Part shown: positions 12,901 through 25,599 of the stretch, piece by piece
Layout: every line of letters begins with the position of its first letter
Numbering within the stretch: the first letter of the stretch is position 1
Origin: Mytilus californianus
Lineage: Eukaryota
Length of the DNA: 64,000 nucleotides
Reading direction: 5' to 3'
NCBI RefSeq assembly: GCF_021869535.1
Contig: NW_026262745.1
Coordinates: 37,758,001-37,822,000 of the forward strand
Position numbers and translations under genes: made by a program
Notes under the pieces: generated by a model
Database searches by the model: none
What the model was told of the DNA's origin: nothing
The model's input: the letters and a program-made list of their open reading frames with translations, nothing else

Positions 12901-15378
12901 TTGTCCAAATGCTAATTCCATGAACACTAATGGTATTCCACATGTCACTAACATAATTATATAGGGAATAAAAAATGCACCTAAAATAGAAGAAAAGGAT
13001 AAGGTGTATTAATTCATGACAAAACAAAAAAGATCCCTACAGGCACTTAACCTTAAGCATCTGAATAGTGCTTTTAATAATGAACAATCACAAACAGGTT
13101 TAACCCTGCAACAGTCTTTATGTGGCTATCCCAAGTCAGACAGGTTTAACCCTGCAACAGTCTTTATGTAGCTATCCCAAGTCAGGCAGGTTTAAACCTG
13201 CAACAGTCTTTATGTGGCTGTCCCAAGTCAGGCAGGTTTAACCCTGCAACAGTCTTTTTGTGGCTGTCCCAAGTCATGCAGGTTTAACCCTGCAACAGTC
13301 TTTGTGTGGCTGTCCCAAGTCAGGCAGGTTTAACCCTGCAACAGTCTTTAAGTGGATGTCCCAAGTTAGGCAGGTTTAACCCTGCAACAGTCTTTATGTG
13401 GCTATCCTAATTAAGGCAGGTTTAACTCTGCAACAGTCTTTATGTGGCTGTCCCAAGTCAAGCAGGTTAAACCCTGCAACAGTCTTTATGTGGCTGTCCC
13501 AAGTTGGGCAAGTTTAATCCTGCAACAGTCTTTGTGTGGCTGTTCCAAGTCGGGCAGATTTATTCCTGCAACAGCCTTTATGTGGCTGTCCTAAGTTAGG
13601 CAGGGTTAACCCTGCAACAGTCTTTATGTGGCTGTCCCCAAAGTCAGGCAGGTTTGACCCTGCAAAAGTTTTTATGTGGCTGTCCCAAGTCAGGAGCCAG
13701 TTATTCAGTGGTTGTAGTTTGTTATTGTCTGCCATATTTGTGTTTCATTAATTGTTTTATCATTATCAGACTCATGGTTTTCTCATTTGTATTGTTTCAC
13801 ATTTTGACATGTACAGGCATTTTACAGCTAACCATATGGTATGGGTTTTGCTCAATGTTGAAGGCTTACATTCATTACTTCAGCTCATTGTTGAAGGCTG
13901 TACAATAACCTATAGTTGTTTACACCCTTGTCCTTAGGTTTTTGGCACATTAGCAATCATACCACATCTCCTTATTTTTATTTTAATGCTGTCTACCCCC
14001 TTAAAATGTATTTATTTAATTGACAGAGAAAATATTGAGCTGACAGAAACATATATATGATCCTTAAAATATGCATCCATAAAAGTTTTTTAAAGGAGCA
14101 TAATTTCACCCATTAAAAAGACAAGTTTTCTGCTTTCAGAATAGAAAATTGTGTTACTTAATGGGAATGTACCATATTTGGATGTTCAAGCTAGTAAAGA
14201 CTTCATGGATAAGATACTGAGGTAATTTATAAGGACAAGTGTTGAATTTCTGAACTGTACCATTAAACAGTTTTAAAGTGTTTGATACATCAGCAAGTAT
14301 ATCCATTCAGTAATGTTTGTATAATTCTTTGATTTTCACCTGAGTTAATGTGTTTTTTCGTGTTGTGTTTTTTTTTCCAGGAGAGTTATGCTTTAATTCA
14401 TCGATTTTCCTTTACTGTATGGAATGAATTTATCGTTTGCTGACAGGCATTGTGTCTTTTGACAGTATGATCAAAGCCATAATATTAGTTCAATAGATTA
14501 AAAGGATTGTGTCTGTGAAACCATCAATTGGCAATATCATCAATTCCCAAGACATGTTATATAACATTTAATATTGTTTTGAAACATAAAAAGACATAGG
14601 AGAGAATAGAATAAAATCAGAATATATTCCGATTAAAATATATAAAGACTTGCTCAGTGACTAAATACATGTTACTTAATTAAATACATGTATATCTGAT
14701 GTATATTTGAAAATGGTCTTCACAGTACTCATGTTAAGTTAATTTATTGAAATTTATGTTTTTTATATCCATTGACTAAAACTTTTCATTATTTAAAAAG
14801 CTTTAATCAGTCAGATTTATGTAGCATTCCTTCTTATTTTTTTTTTATGTTTGTTTAGTTTTATTGTTTCAATGCTTAATCACATATCTCCTTGCATTCA
14901 TATCTAGTAATGCCAGAAATAATAGATCCCTTCAAAAGAGTTTCTAAAATTATTCCTGTAAAGAAGCATCCAATTGAAACTATAGAGAAATTATGAAATC
15001 TTCAATATTTAGTAATCAGATATTTCTGAAACTATACCTTTAAAGAAGTTTTGGCTCAGGAGTTACTTTTATATTTATTTCCAAGTTAATCTACTGAAAC
15101 CCTAAGGCAAGCATCCACAAATTTAAAATCTTATTTAAGTAAAATGATTGTTGTCATAGCAACTTACCTCCCCCATTTCTGTAAACTAGATATGGAAATC
15201 TCCAAACATTGCCTAGACCAACAACATATCCCAGACAAGACAGAACAAAGTCAAGACGACTACTCCAGTTACCACGGTGACTGTTGCCACTGTCGTCTGT
15301 ACTCTCTGTGTCGCCACTGTCTACAGTCATCATGTCCGATAGGTAAGGTCCAGATGAATCATCACTGCCCTGGGTTTC
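752..15378 (-). CDS. Gene A: SLC6/NSS Na+-dependent amino-acid transporter (GlyT/ATB0,+-like skeleton), 3'-partial; join(15378-15168,12980-12849,11584-11438,7125-6885,6284-6152,4814-4576,2262-2138,1633-1389,952-752)
   Basis: Nine exons bounded by AG/GT with compatible phases give 558 uninterrupted codons covering TM1-TM11. Family motifs: [55 protein letters not shown]. The TM12 and C-tail exons were not found in 1-751, so they are presumably left of the window. Confidence 0.93.
1389..1633 (-). CDS. Gene A exon 8 (EL4, TM8, TM9)
   Basis: ttctatttcag|AT ... ACACAG|gtaatt. Encodes [12 protein letters not shown]...[21 protein letters not shown]...LPLTTQ. 245 bp. Confidence 0.94.
1845..2112. repeat. 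Dispersed SINE-like repeat family (…ggttttgctcattgttgaagg…cattggcaatcataccacatct); other copies near 12150-12445, 13705-13982, 50240-50335, 54995-55262 and reversed 59195-59450
   Basis: The same motifs recur at six or more loci in this window; class not determined. Confidence 0.6.
2138..2262 (-). CDS. Gene A exon 7 (TM7)
   Basis: actgctttcag|T ... TCTG|gtgagt. Encodes [41 protein letters not shown]. 125 bp. Confidence 0.93.
2484..4225. repeat. 39-bp minisatellite (about 25 units plus 2 more after an interruption at about 3472-4140)
   Basis: Unit gttatggctagccatcaccctacaaattctatgtaaaaa; period 39 measured between 2762 and 2801. Confidence 0.92.
3472..4140 (+). mobile_element. HINE-like (Helentron-associated) non-autonomous element with three about 170-bp internal tandem units
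   Basis: Units start accatgact at about 3592, 3761 and 3934. The 3' end reads tatgtctcac...cgagacaaa. Inserted in an A-run of the minisatellite. Confidence 0.6.
4576..4814 (-). CDS. Gene A exon 6 (TM5, EL3, TM6; single fused exon)
   Basis: tttttgtag|ATT ... TATAG|gtaagt. Encodes IAYFVVTFP...[38 protein letters not shown]. 239 bp. Confidence 0.95.
5585..5785 (+). mobile_element. Decayed SINE with V-domain-like core; shorter fragment at about 10893-10995
   Basis: ggttttctcagggtattcagacttcctccacc resembles the V-SINE core GGTTTTCTCCGGGTACTCCGGTTTCCTCC; tail ttaaacaccaaccaatca. Confidence 0.5.
6152..6284 (-). CDS. Gene A exon 5 (end of EL2, TM4)
   Basis: ctatttttcag|T ... GGAAAA|gtaagt. Encodes [44 protein letters not shown]. 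133 bp. Confidence 0.94.
6885..7125 (-). CDS. Gene A exon 4 (long EL2)
   Basis: tttcttttgcag|GA ... TTTTA|gtaagt. Encodes [13 protein letters not shown]...TTPSEEYF. 241 bp, phase 1 to 2. Confidence 0.92.
8760..9032 (+). mobile_element. Short HINE-like element
   Basis: 5' aagaggaatgtgtc...gaatgcccc; gacgg microsatellite remnant; 3' hairpin atgcccc...ggggcat. Confidence 0.55.
10155..10428 (+). mobile_element. Short HINE-like element, same architecture as 8760-9032
   Basis: 5' acaagaatgtgtcc...ggatgcccc; (gacg)n tract at about 10361-10390; 3' hairpin atgccc-ataaat-ggggcat. Confidence 0.6.
11438..11584 (-). CDS. Gene A exon 3 (TM3, start of EL2)
   Basis: ctcttttttcag|GC ... AACA|gtaagt. Encodes [49 protein letters not shown]. 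147 bp. Confidence 0.95.
12849..12980 (-). CDS. Gene A exon 2 (TM2)
   Basis: tcttctattttag|GT ... AAAG|gtagaa. Encodes [44 protein letters not shown]. 132 bp. Confidence 0.95.
13093..13695. repeat. 46-bp minisatellite, about 13 units
   Basis: Unit caggtttaaccctgcaacagtctttatgtggctgtcccaagtcagg; period 46 measured between 13095 and 13141. Confidence 0.92.
15168..15378 (-). CDS. Gene A exon 1 (N-terminus, TM1)
   Basis: Acceptor tttcatttacag|GAA, donor GGAG|gtaagt. Encodes ETQ...MMTVD...[37 protein letters not shown]. 211 bp, ends in phase 1. Confidence 0.93.
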
Positions 15379-16420
15379 CTGTAAATGAAAGAAACGGAAC
15401 ATTCAGTGATTTGTCTTAGCACTTAGCTGTTATCCTTAAGACAGACTTCCATATAAAATCCTAATCAATGATGCTGCAGTGAATGTATGAATAACGATAA
15501 AATATCACAAATTTTTTTTTTAATTTTAAAAGTCGATATTTGAAAAACTAATTTGTTTTCATCTTGATATTATATAGCTGTATCACAACAAGTCTTTCAA
15601 AGACAACCAGTTATAACATATATATATATATATATATACGTCTGGGAATATATAATAAAGATGAATGATCTGTTCAATTTGTACCTGCAAATTAAGCTGG
15701 AATCAAAAATCCCAGTGGTAATGTTTTCATAGCATCAAGTCGTCTAATCAATTAATATAACAAATGACCGTAATTACTTCTAGATTAAAAGGTCATGCTT
15801 TAATTAACAAGACACATAGCGTTAAATATGTAATCATAAACTGTTACCAAGACAATTACCTGTAAACTTAACGGTAAATACCTGCTCAGGTGTTATAAAT
15901 AAGATTAATGAGATTTTGATGTGGATGACAAAAATCAAAGAAAAAATGAAAATATTCCAAAAGAATTTTTAAATTTGCTTTTTTCATCCTTTCAAGAACA
16001 TTAAACTTATTCCAAGTAGACTTGTCTTTGCTTTTATTTGTAAATGCTGTGTCCTTAGCAGAGATACAGAAAATACCAATTTCGAAGTCTTTGGTTTGAC
16101 CCTGACACTTTGCGTAAACTGTGGATTAAAATGACAACCTCCTGTAATAGAGGCAGCACACTGCAACACTATCATCAAGGTAATTGATGCTTTTAAGGTA
16201 CCAGTGAGAGCCGTATACATTCATTTTGATTCAGGCCTTTCAGTCATAAAAATTTACAAAGTACTAAAAGTACAAAATTTGTGCTTGAAACACCAATCCA
16301 GTATTTTTGGTTGGTTTATTTCTGAGTCTGAGTATAATAATCATACTGTAAATACAGAAATTATTGCGAGGTTTTTATTAATGTAAAAAATGCATCTGGG
16401 TAAGTATAGTAATAATAATA

Positions 16421-19262
16421 AAAATGCTTCACTGAGCGCAGCCAGATATGACCGCAGAGGTCTAACCCTGAACAGTTTGGGCAAGTTTGGACACAATATT
16501 CAAGCTTGATACTGTCTGAATTTGGATTGTGATCAAATTTTTGACACAATATAGGTTTCTGACACAAAATAAAAGTGGTCAAAGATTTAAAAAATTTGAA
16601 ATGGGACATTTAATTTACCTACAATGGTCTGATATCCAAAAACTAACAACATGGTTAGATTCAGCATATAAAAACACACCAATGATTTACTTTTAGTTGA
16701 AATCAAACAAAGTTTAATTTTAACCCTTCAAACCTTAATATGGACTAATTTAAAAACAAGGCCCAAAATAAGTAAAATGCTCCGCTGCGCGCAGCTTGAT
16801 ACGACTGCAGAGGTCGAACCCTGAACAGTTGGGGCAAGTATGGACACAACATTCAAGCTTGATTCAGCACTGAATTTGGATTGTGATTAAATATTTGACA
16901 CAGCATTGGTTTCTGACAAAGAATGAATGTGGTCTAAGAACTTAAAATTTTTAATTTACCTATTCAAACCATAATTATCATTATTATTTGCTTTTATATA
17001 TAAATCAGAAATAACCAATTTAAAATGGAAAATTTTAAAGAAAAAAAAATCCCTCCCCCCAATTTTTTGAACCTCCTTATGATTCATCACCCCCAAACTC
17101 AATCCCAGCCTTCCCTTTGTGGTATGGTACCTTGCAGTACAATTTCAGAGAGATCCATACACTTGAACACAAGTTATTGTCTGGAAACTAGAAAAATGCT
17201 TATTTTTGGCCCCTTTTTGGTCCCTTATTCCTAAACTTTTTGGGCAATTACCCCCAAACTGAATTCCAGCTTTCCCTTTGTGATATGGAACCTTGTAGTA
17301 CAATTTCAGAAAGATCCATACACTTACACACAAGTTATTATCATGAAACTAGAAAAATGCTTGTTTTTTGGCCCCTAATTCCTAAAATTTTGAGGCAATT
17401 ACCCCCAAAATCAATCCCAGCATTCCCTTTGTGATATGGAACCTTGTGGTTAATGTCAGAGAGATCCATACACTAACACACAAGTTATGTCTGGAAGTTA
17501 CAAAAATGCTTATTTTTGGCCCCATTTTGGCCCCTAATTCCTTAACTGTTGGTACCATAACCCCCAAAATCAATCCCAACCTTCCTTTTGTAGTATTCAA
17601 CCTTATGGTAAAATTTCATAGAGATCCATTCATTTAAACTTAAGTAAGAGTGTGAAAACCAATGTGTCTTCGGACGACGACGACGACTACGACGCCAACG
17701 TCATACCAATATACGACTATAAAAATCTAAATGCACAATAAAATTCAGCATATCATACAGCCGCAATAATTCAGTTTTTGATGAAATTAAACAAAGTTTA
17801 ATTTTGGACCCTTTTGACCTCAATGTAGACCAATTTAAAAATGGGGCCCAATATCCAAAAAAGTAATACAAGGTTAGAATCCCCAAAAAATGAAAGACTT
17901 TAAATTAATCCCATTGAAATTGGTTAAAAGATTTGGATTTATTTTCAATTGAAGATTTCTTGCTATTGCGCAATACTGTGCAATTTAAGATTTCTTGCTA
18001 TTGTGCAATACTGTGCTATTGCACAATAATGTGCAATTGAAGATTTTTGCTATTGCGCAATACTGTGCGTATAATTGAAGATTACTTGCTATTGCACAAT
18101 ACTGTGCAATTGAAGATTTTTTGCTATTGCACAATACTGTGCTATTGCGCAATAGAGTGCTATTGTGCAATACTGTGCTATAGCGGAATACTGTGGAATT
18201 GAAGATTTCTTGCTATTGCGCAAAACTTTGTTGTTGTCCAATACTATGCTATTGCGCAATACTGTGCAATTGAAAGATTTCTTGCTATTGCGCAATACTG
18301 TGCAACTGAAGATTTCTTGTTATTGCGCAATACTGTGCTATTGCTCAATACTGTGCTATTGCGCAATACTGTGCTATTGTGCAATACTGTGCTATTGCGC
18401 ATTACAATGCAACTGAAGATTTCTTATTATTGCCCAATACTGTGCTATTGCCCAATACTGTGTAATTGAAGATTTCTTGCTATTGCGCAATACTGTGCAA
18501 TTGAAGATTTCTTGCTATTGCGCAATATTGTGCAATTGAAGATTTCTTGCTATTGCACAATACTGTGCAATTGAAGATTTCTTGCTATTGGACAATACTG
18601 TGCTAATGCGCAATTGTAATTGAAGATTTCTCTCTTGCTATTGCGCAATACTGTGCAATCATTTGAAATTTGGAAAATTTTGAAGAAAAAAAATATGAAC
18701 CCCAAAAAGAAATTGGAAAAAAAAAATCCCCCCAAACTTTTTGATCCCCCTCTCCCTTGGAGTAATTACCCCCAAATTAATCCCAGCCTTCCCTTTGTGG
18801 TATCGAACCTAGTAGTACAATTTTAGAGAGATCCATACACTTAAACACAAGTTACTGTCTGGAAACTAGAAAAAGCTGGTTTTTGGCCCCTTTTTTGCCC
18901 CTAATTCCTAAACTGTTGGAGCAATTACCCCCAAACTCAATCCCAGCCTTCCCTTTGTGATATGGAACCTTGTGGTACAATTTCTGAGAGATCTATGCAC
19001 TAACACAAAAGTTATTGTCCGGAAACTACAAAAATGCTTGTTTTTGGCCAATTTTTTGGCCCCTAATTCCTAAACTTTTGGTACCATAACCCCAAAAATC
19101 AATCCCAACCTTCCTTTTCTGGTATTGAACCTTCTGGTAAATTTCCTAGGATCCATTCATTTAAACTAAAGTTATTGTCCGGAAACCAAATGTGTCTTCA
19201 GACGACGACGATGACACCATAGCATTTTACGAAGCAAAAAATTTTTTGCGGTCGTATAAAAA
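16421..19262 (+). mobile_element. Composite of two HINE-like elements with about 160-bp internal tandem units, (gac)n tracts and an embedded satellite
   Basis: Duplicated 5' block at about 16421 and 16775. Repeated units (aattacccccaaactcaatcccagccttccctttgtg…). (gac)n near 17673 and 19201. Terminal hairpin cgaagcaaaaaattttttgcggtcg. Confidence 0.6.
17950..18660. repeat. 35-bp satellite with 18-bp subunits, core palindrome TATTGCGCAATA
   Basis: Unit gaagatttcttgctattgcgcaatactgtgcaatt, directly visible. Confidence 0.92.
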
Positions 19263-22200
19263 CTTGCATTCTAATATCTGATACATATATCTGTTTGTAG
19301 ATTTTCCTGAACTCACAGTAATTAATCTCACATTTTGGTGTAATCTTCAAAAATTGCAATAATAAATGCATGCAATAATATTGGAATTTACAGTACTTGA
19401 AATGTTTATTGCTGTAAGGCCTGCATATAGGATACCAAAAAAAAACTAACAGGGTTCAGGAAATAAATGTTTCATTAATAATTGCTAAAATAACAAAGGT
19501 ATGAGCATGAAACTATAACAGCATGGAAACATTTCTGCCTTGTCCCTGTTAAAGGCTTTTTTGTTTATTTACCATTTCACAAAAAATACAAAATGCTTTT
19601 TGTATAAAGGCATGGAAAGAAAATTGTTTGCTACATGTTTTTGTCAATCAAAATGTTCTACATATTGACTGGTTAAATACTGTTTAATAAATGTCCAGTT
19701 GCAAATAGTTCATGCATGTTCAGAACAAGAAGAAGTTAGATAATTATAAATTAATTACTTTATTAACGGTAAATAGTGTTTAATATGAGATCTAAAATGT
19801 AAATTAGGTAAATTTCTACAGCCATTGAATCACAAAGCCATATTGAAGTCAGGAAGAAATTTTGTCAAATTGCAAAATTCAATCTACAAAAAACTCATAA
19901 ATTGTTGTTTTCATAGGCTTTGTCAAAGGTGTGGCATTTTCCAAATATTTATCTAGTGTCCCCAGTGCCACTTAACTTGACTGAGCATTGATATTTCAAT
20001 CCAAAGTTTTTTAAATCACCTCAATATGACCTAATCACCCTTGGTCACAGTTATTGTTACTGGTTGACAGTAGAAATCCTGGAAGCTGTATTTATCCCAA
20101 TCTAACCTTACGATTTTCTGCAACCCAGATAACCCTTAAGATTTTCTACACCTCAGCTTGTATCCTTGCAATTTTCTTTAATCAATTTTACCCTTGATAT
20201 TTGCTATACTGAAGCTTAGATTTTATTAAACCAAAGCTTGACCCTTGGAGTTTTACGCCTCAGCTGACCCTTACACATTCTACACCCTAGTTTACTAGGG
20301 ATTTACTGAACCCAACGTACATCTGCAGGAGAAGCACTACATTTATTTGTTTATTACTTATAGAATCCAGAAATTAATGTACATTACAATATGTTACCTG
20401 GAAATCTACCATCATCTCGTCCACGAAAAATATTAACACTCCCTTTCACTTAAATAAAATCCATGACAGTAACGATAAGCTTATCAAATCAAGATATTCC
20501 ATATCGCAACATTATGAACAATATATTACATTATAGATGCTATGTTGGAAAAAAGGTAATGAGAAGAAAGCTATACCTCATTAATACTAAACCAATTAAA
20601 GGTGTTGGTATTGATTCTAAAATGAACAGCAAATGACATACATATTCATGACATTAAATCTAGTGGAAGGCTGATGGGTGTTAAAGCCTTTTTTAATTAC
20701 AAATTGAGATCAACCTTTGAGTCAAAGGCTTCAATATCCATGGTAATAGCCATTTGTATGTTCATCAAAAAAGAGAACTTGTGATCTGGAGTGTAAACAA
20801 ATGTATTTGAACTTGTAAATTTTACAAGCATTTAAAACAGCGCTTTGGAAATTGATACATTTTGATTGACTATGATGTATTGATGTTTGATGTCCAGTGG
20901 CAAATAGCATATGCTTATCACAACGAAAAAAGTGCTGTGATACTCAGTCTGATTTTTAACATGCTAGTTCACAAGGTAACAAACAGTCTGCATGTGGAAG
21001 TGTCAACCTCCTGGGATACATTAAACTGACTCCCAGTCGACCTGTTTTGCTCTTACTCCTAAATGCTAGATGTTGTGTGCTTAGCAGAGAAGCTACAATT
21101 TTCAAGTCAATAGTCATGCCAAGGATCAAACCCAAGAATTCCTGCACTCAAGGCAAACATGCCACCATGAGACAAATTTAATAGGTGATTGAAATTTCAA
21201 ACATAACAATAACACATTGTGAATGCAATATGTTAAAATTTGTAAAATGTTTTTGTCTTGCCAAAAAAAAATAAAAAACAAAAATCTCAATACAGAATTA
21301 AGCCTGCACATCCATATATGAAGATATTCGATTTGGTATATTTTTTACTGGATATTCAGGAAGGAGCATTTAATAATTTGTATTATTTTTTTGTTAAATG
21401 ATACAACCAAATAATCTTTTGATAGCATTAAAAAAGAATATATTGTTTCAGATATCAGCCTTTGTCTCTTTCAACCTTTCAATTCCTCCCTGTCATGGTA
21501 TTTTTTTAACCAACCAACCCTTATCCATTGTATCTACTTTATTCATATTGTTTCAGATATCAGCCTTTGTCTCATTTCAACCTCTCAATTTATGTCCTTA
21601 GGCTAGATGATGAAATGTCTGGCTCAAGTGATATAGAAATGCCATAGTATAGTCTATAAATTATGCATAAAATATGAATTGACTTCCTGCATCACATATA
21701 GCTGCATACATTAAAATTCAGAATATACATGTTTCCAAAAAAATAGAATTTTCATTTCTTGTTGATTTTCACTTCATTGCATAGAATTTTAGAGAAAAAA
21801 AACCTATTAATACTTGCAACATAAAAAAAAATGATGACACAAAGGGCCAATAAAAAATCATAAGTTGGGGAGAATAAGACACACAATCCTATGTACAGAA
21901 GGAAAATAGAACAAGACAAAAAAAGTCCACAACACACTGCAAAGAAAACAAAAGATAGAAGAACATGACACCCCCTCCAATAAAAAAAAAAAAAAAAACA
22001 GACACCCAAACTCTGGTGCTTAGGATGTGAATTACAAAGCAGTTGAATATGAAAATATGAAATACAAAAGCAGATTATGGGTGAGAAACAAAATATCTAA
22101 AAATTAAATTTATCTATCCTAATTTCCAGCTGTTGGTAAAACGGAGTCCTCAATATGATTGCTAATACTGAAGTTATAGGAATTAAATTTCTATCCAATA

Positions 22201-23618
22201 ATGTAATGAAAATAATCTATTGATCTCAATGACAATTAAAATTTTAATTACATCATGCAAGAATGAAATAAGATACAGATTAGAAGAAATAGATATATCC
22301 TGTGTTTTCAAAACAATACCACGTAACAGGAAGAAAATCATTTGAGTTATGACAGCCTCCTGTCGGCAATTTGAAAATCCATGTAGTAAAATTGGAAATT
22401 AATACTGGAAAAGCTTCCAGGGGATATGAGATTAACACTGCATAAACATCATTAGCAATGGAAATTTTTTTTTAAATTTCAATGTTAAGGAAATGTCTTA
22501 GGAATTTTACTTACCATAGAAATTCATTAAATTAAGGCAACAAAAAAAATCCTTATTTTCATTTGTACTTTTACAATCTTTCACTTTCAACAACACACAA
22601 GCTTTTAAGTATTTATTGTACTATTGGTTAAAAAAAGGACATGAGAATTTTCTGTAGAACAATTTGTATATGATGAGAAAACAAATATAATAATTGTATA
22701 AGGTCATATGTCTATTCAAAGTTTATCAAGGCTTAAATAAATTTATGGTATTTGATAAACACTTAAAAGTCTTAAAGTGACAGTTACAACTGTACCATAG
22801 TTTTAGACATTTCGCTATATCTAATTAGGTGTAAGCAATAATCTTTAAACTGAAGAAAAAAAGAAAACTTGTTTTTGTGATGAAACTTCTTCAAAATTTG
22901 TAAACTGTCTCCTGATATCATTCAACAATAAATTTAGAAAGAGGTTTATTGGCTACCAAATAGCCTAGAAATATCACTATACAATCTCTACTTACCGTAA
23001 ATATCAGTAAAGGTAATATAAAAAATTTACTGGTTGTTGGATAATATTTGATTGCAAATATAATATATGAATATTTTCATGACATGTTAATGTGATGGTA
23101 ATTGTTGTTTGTAAGTCTGTTCATTTTTTTTAAACATTTTGTTGTTGTTGTTGTTGTTGTTTTTATTTGTTTGTTTGCTTGTGTTTTTTTTGTTTTTTGT
23201 TTTTTTAATTTTTTTCAATGTATTTAACATTGTGGTGAGGTGATGATGCTCAGAAGAGTCAGGTATTTGTGGTTAATATGGTCTGTTTTGTGAGTCCTGT
23301 TATCATTTTAATGTATTATGTGAAACTTTATTGTAAGAATTTGATATTTGTTGATTTGTCAAGTTGACCAATAAATCAGTAATAGCTTTGTTTGCCTCCT
23401 TTTGTTGGAGTAACTTATTGTCATTACTATGCAAATAAGTCATGAAAAAGTCAGAAAAGGATATTAACAGAATCAATTTGACCAATTAATCTCTACACTT
23501 TCTGTTATGAATAACGAATTACGTAAAAGTTTACTCAACAATTAGAATGTAGCTTACCTAAATAATGTACTGTGGAATCGTTATTATTTGCTAGATACCA
23601 ATTTTCTTTGATTTCATG

Positions 23619-25599
23619 CACTACAAACCAGTAAAAGTCTGAAATGGCCTATATTTGTACTCGACTGTACTGATTTTTACTCGACCAGTCTGAATTGGTC
23701 TGAAATTTACTTGATAATACTCGACTGTAGTCTGAACCATACTTAACAGTCTGAACTTGTACTCGACCAGTACTTAACCATTTTATTTTCGTCTGAACCA
23801 TGCTCGACCTAGTCTGAACCATACTCGACCTAGTCTGAACCATACTCGACCTAGTCTGAACCATACTCTACCTAGTCTGAACCATACTCGACCAAGTCTT
23901 AACCAACCTAGACCTAATTTTTGTATCTATCTATCTATCTATTGTATTTCATCAATTTAGGAATTGTTTTAACAGCTATTTCCCCTGGCTAGAAATTTGA
24001 ACAACAATTTGAAATTTAAAATGTATTCAATATGGCATTGAAACCAAAATTTCTCAATAAACATACTAGTATAAATTCAACACCATGTTTATCAACACAT
24101 ACATATATATATCACCTTTAAAATAAAAATAAAACAAACTGATCAAATAATCTCAAAACTGAATTGTGACTTATATTTTCAATGTTATTCAATTTTTTTT
24201 TAATGTTTCAGATATATTTTATGGTTACTGGACAATTTTCACCATTTACTTAAGCCTTGTATAGATTTATGGTGTCAGTTGAGTTTAGTTAATAATGCAG
24301 TGAACATTTGTTTTATCAAAATATATTTAAAATAGTATATAAAGCAACTTAATAAATTTTGAAAATAACACCTTTGTTTTGTAAAACCAAGAATTTAATA
24401 TAATCATGATAATAGAACTTCCATAGCAATCCTTGATAACCATTTAAAAAAAGGAAATGTGTTCCAAAGTTGCAGAAAAAATTTATTTCAATTAAATTTA
24501 AATAACTTTTGACAAAATTAAAGACATGGCATACAAGAAGCACTTCAATAAGGTTTATTTACCTCAGTACATGTGTGTTTTACAGGTAAAAAGAGAGCCC
24601 TTTTTTCTTAAACTCGTGTATTACTTATCTAGTGAATTCAAAAGGCCTTGCGATTTAAGTTTTACAGGATGTTGCAATTTTTAATGAATGTTAATTAGAA
24701 ATTAAAACTCTCTGACCAGGTGTGATCTTTTTAATGAGTTTGCCCCAAGCAGGAGGTATTACTTTATACTTTACCACTAATCAGAAGAAAAATTGCATCT
24801 ATTTCTTTAATTTTTTTATCCCCTTTTGATATATATTATATATAATATATCCCAAATTATAATAAGAATAGATAAATTTCTAATATAAGGTTAAACAATT
24901 TCAGTGATTTTTTGGCTGTTGTTACCTCATTAAAAAGATAATTATATAACTATTGTATGTAACCATGAAACCTATATAGTTTTTCTTTAGGAATTTAGGA
25001 AAATTAAGTTTAAAAAGCACCTTAATAAGGTTTTATTACCCTCAGTAAAGGTGTGGTTTTTAGTTAAAAGAAAATCTTTTTTTAACAAAACTCTAAAACT
25101 TTAAAATTAATATAATTAAATTATTATATAAAAAAAGTTAATTTAACTATCTCTGTTTGATAAATCTGAGAATCATGTAAGGATGTAAAAATATATTTTT
25201 ATATATATCTTTATTTTATTGTGGCTGTTGTCATGTCAGAAAAAAAAGAAATTAATTTTAACAACTAAAATTAAAAAAATATATAGGTTTTTTGGTCAAG
25301 TATGGTTCAGACTGGTCGAGTATTGTTCAGACCTTTGGTCGAGTATGGTTTAGACTGAAAAAATTGGTCGAGTACAGGTCGAGAATGGGTTAAGACTGTT
25401 TCAGACTGGTCGAGTAATAGTTCAGACTATTTTCAATGGCAAAGATAAGGGTCAAGTACAAATCAGTACGGTCGAGTATGGTTAAGACTGGGGTCGAGTA
25501 ATGTCGAGTAAAATTCAGACCAATTCAGACTGGTCGAGTAAAAATTAGTACAGTCGAGTACAGATATAGGCCATTTCAGACTTTAACTGGTTTGTAGTG
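23619..25599. mobile_element. Non-autonomous CACTA/EnSpm DNA transposon
   Basis: Termini CACTACAAACCAG … CTGGTTTGTAGTG; 3-bp target-site duplication ATG on both sides; long inverted subterminal arrays of ACTCGACC motifs; no transposase ORF. Confidence 0.88.

Noticed and set aside
13093-13751. 46-bp array with hairpin as a possible CRISPR array or coding repeat
   Set aside because: Units are contiguous with no unique spacers, no cas genes, and the context is a eukaryotic intron.
15144-15419. 91-aa His/Cys-rich plus-strand ORF
   Set aside because: Antisense shadow of gene A exon 1.
17985-18416. Cys-rich ORFs (YCAI repeats)
   Set aside because: Translations of the 35/18-bp satellite.
23649-23864. 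ORF with MVQTRSS repeats
   Set aside because: Translation of CACTA subterminal repeats; no transposase motifs.
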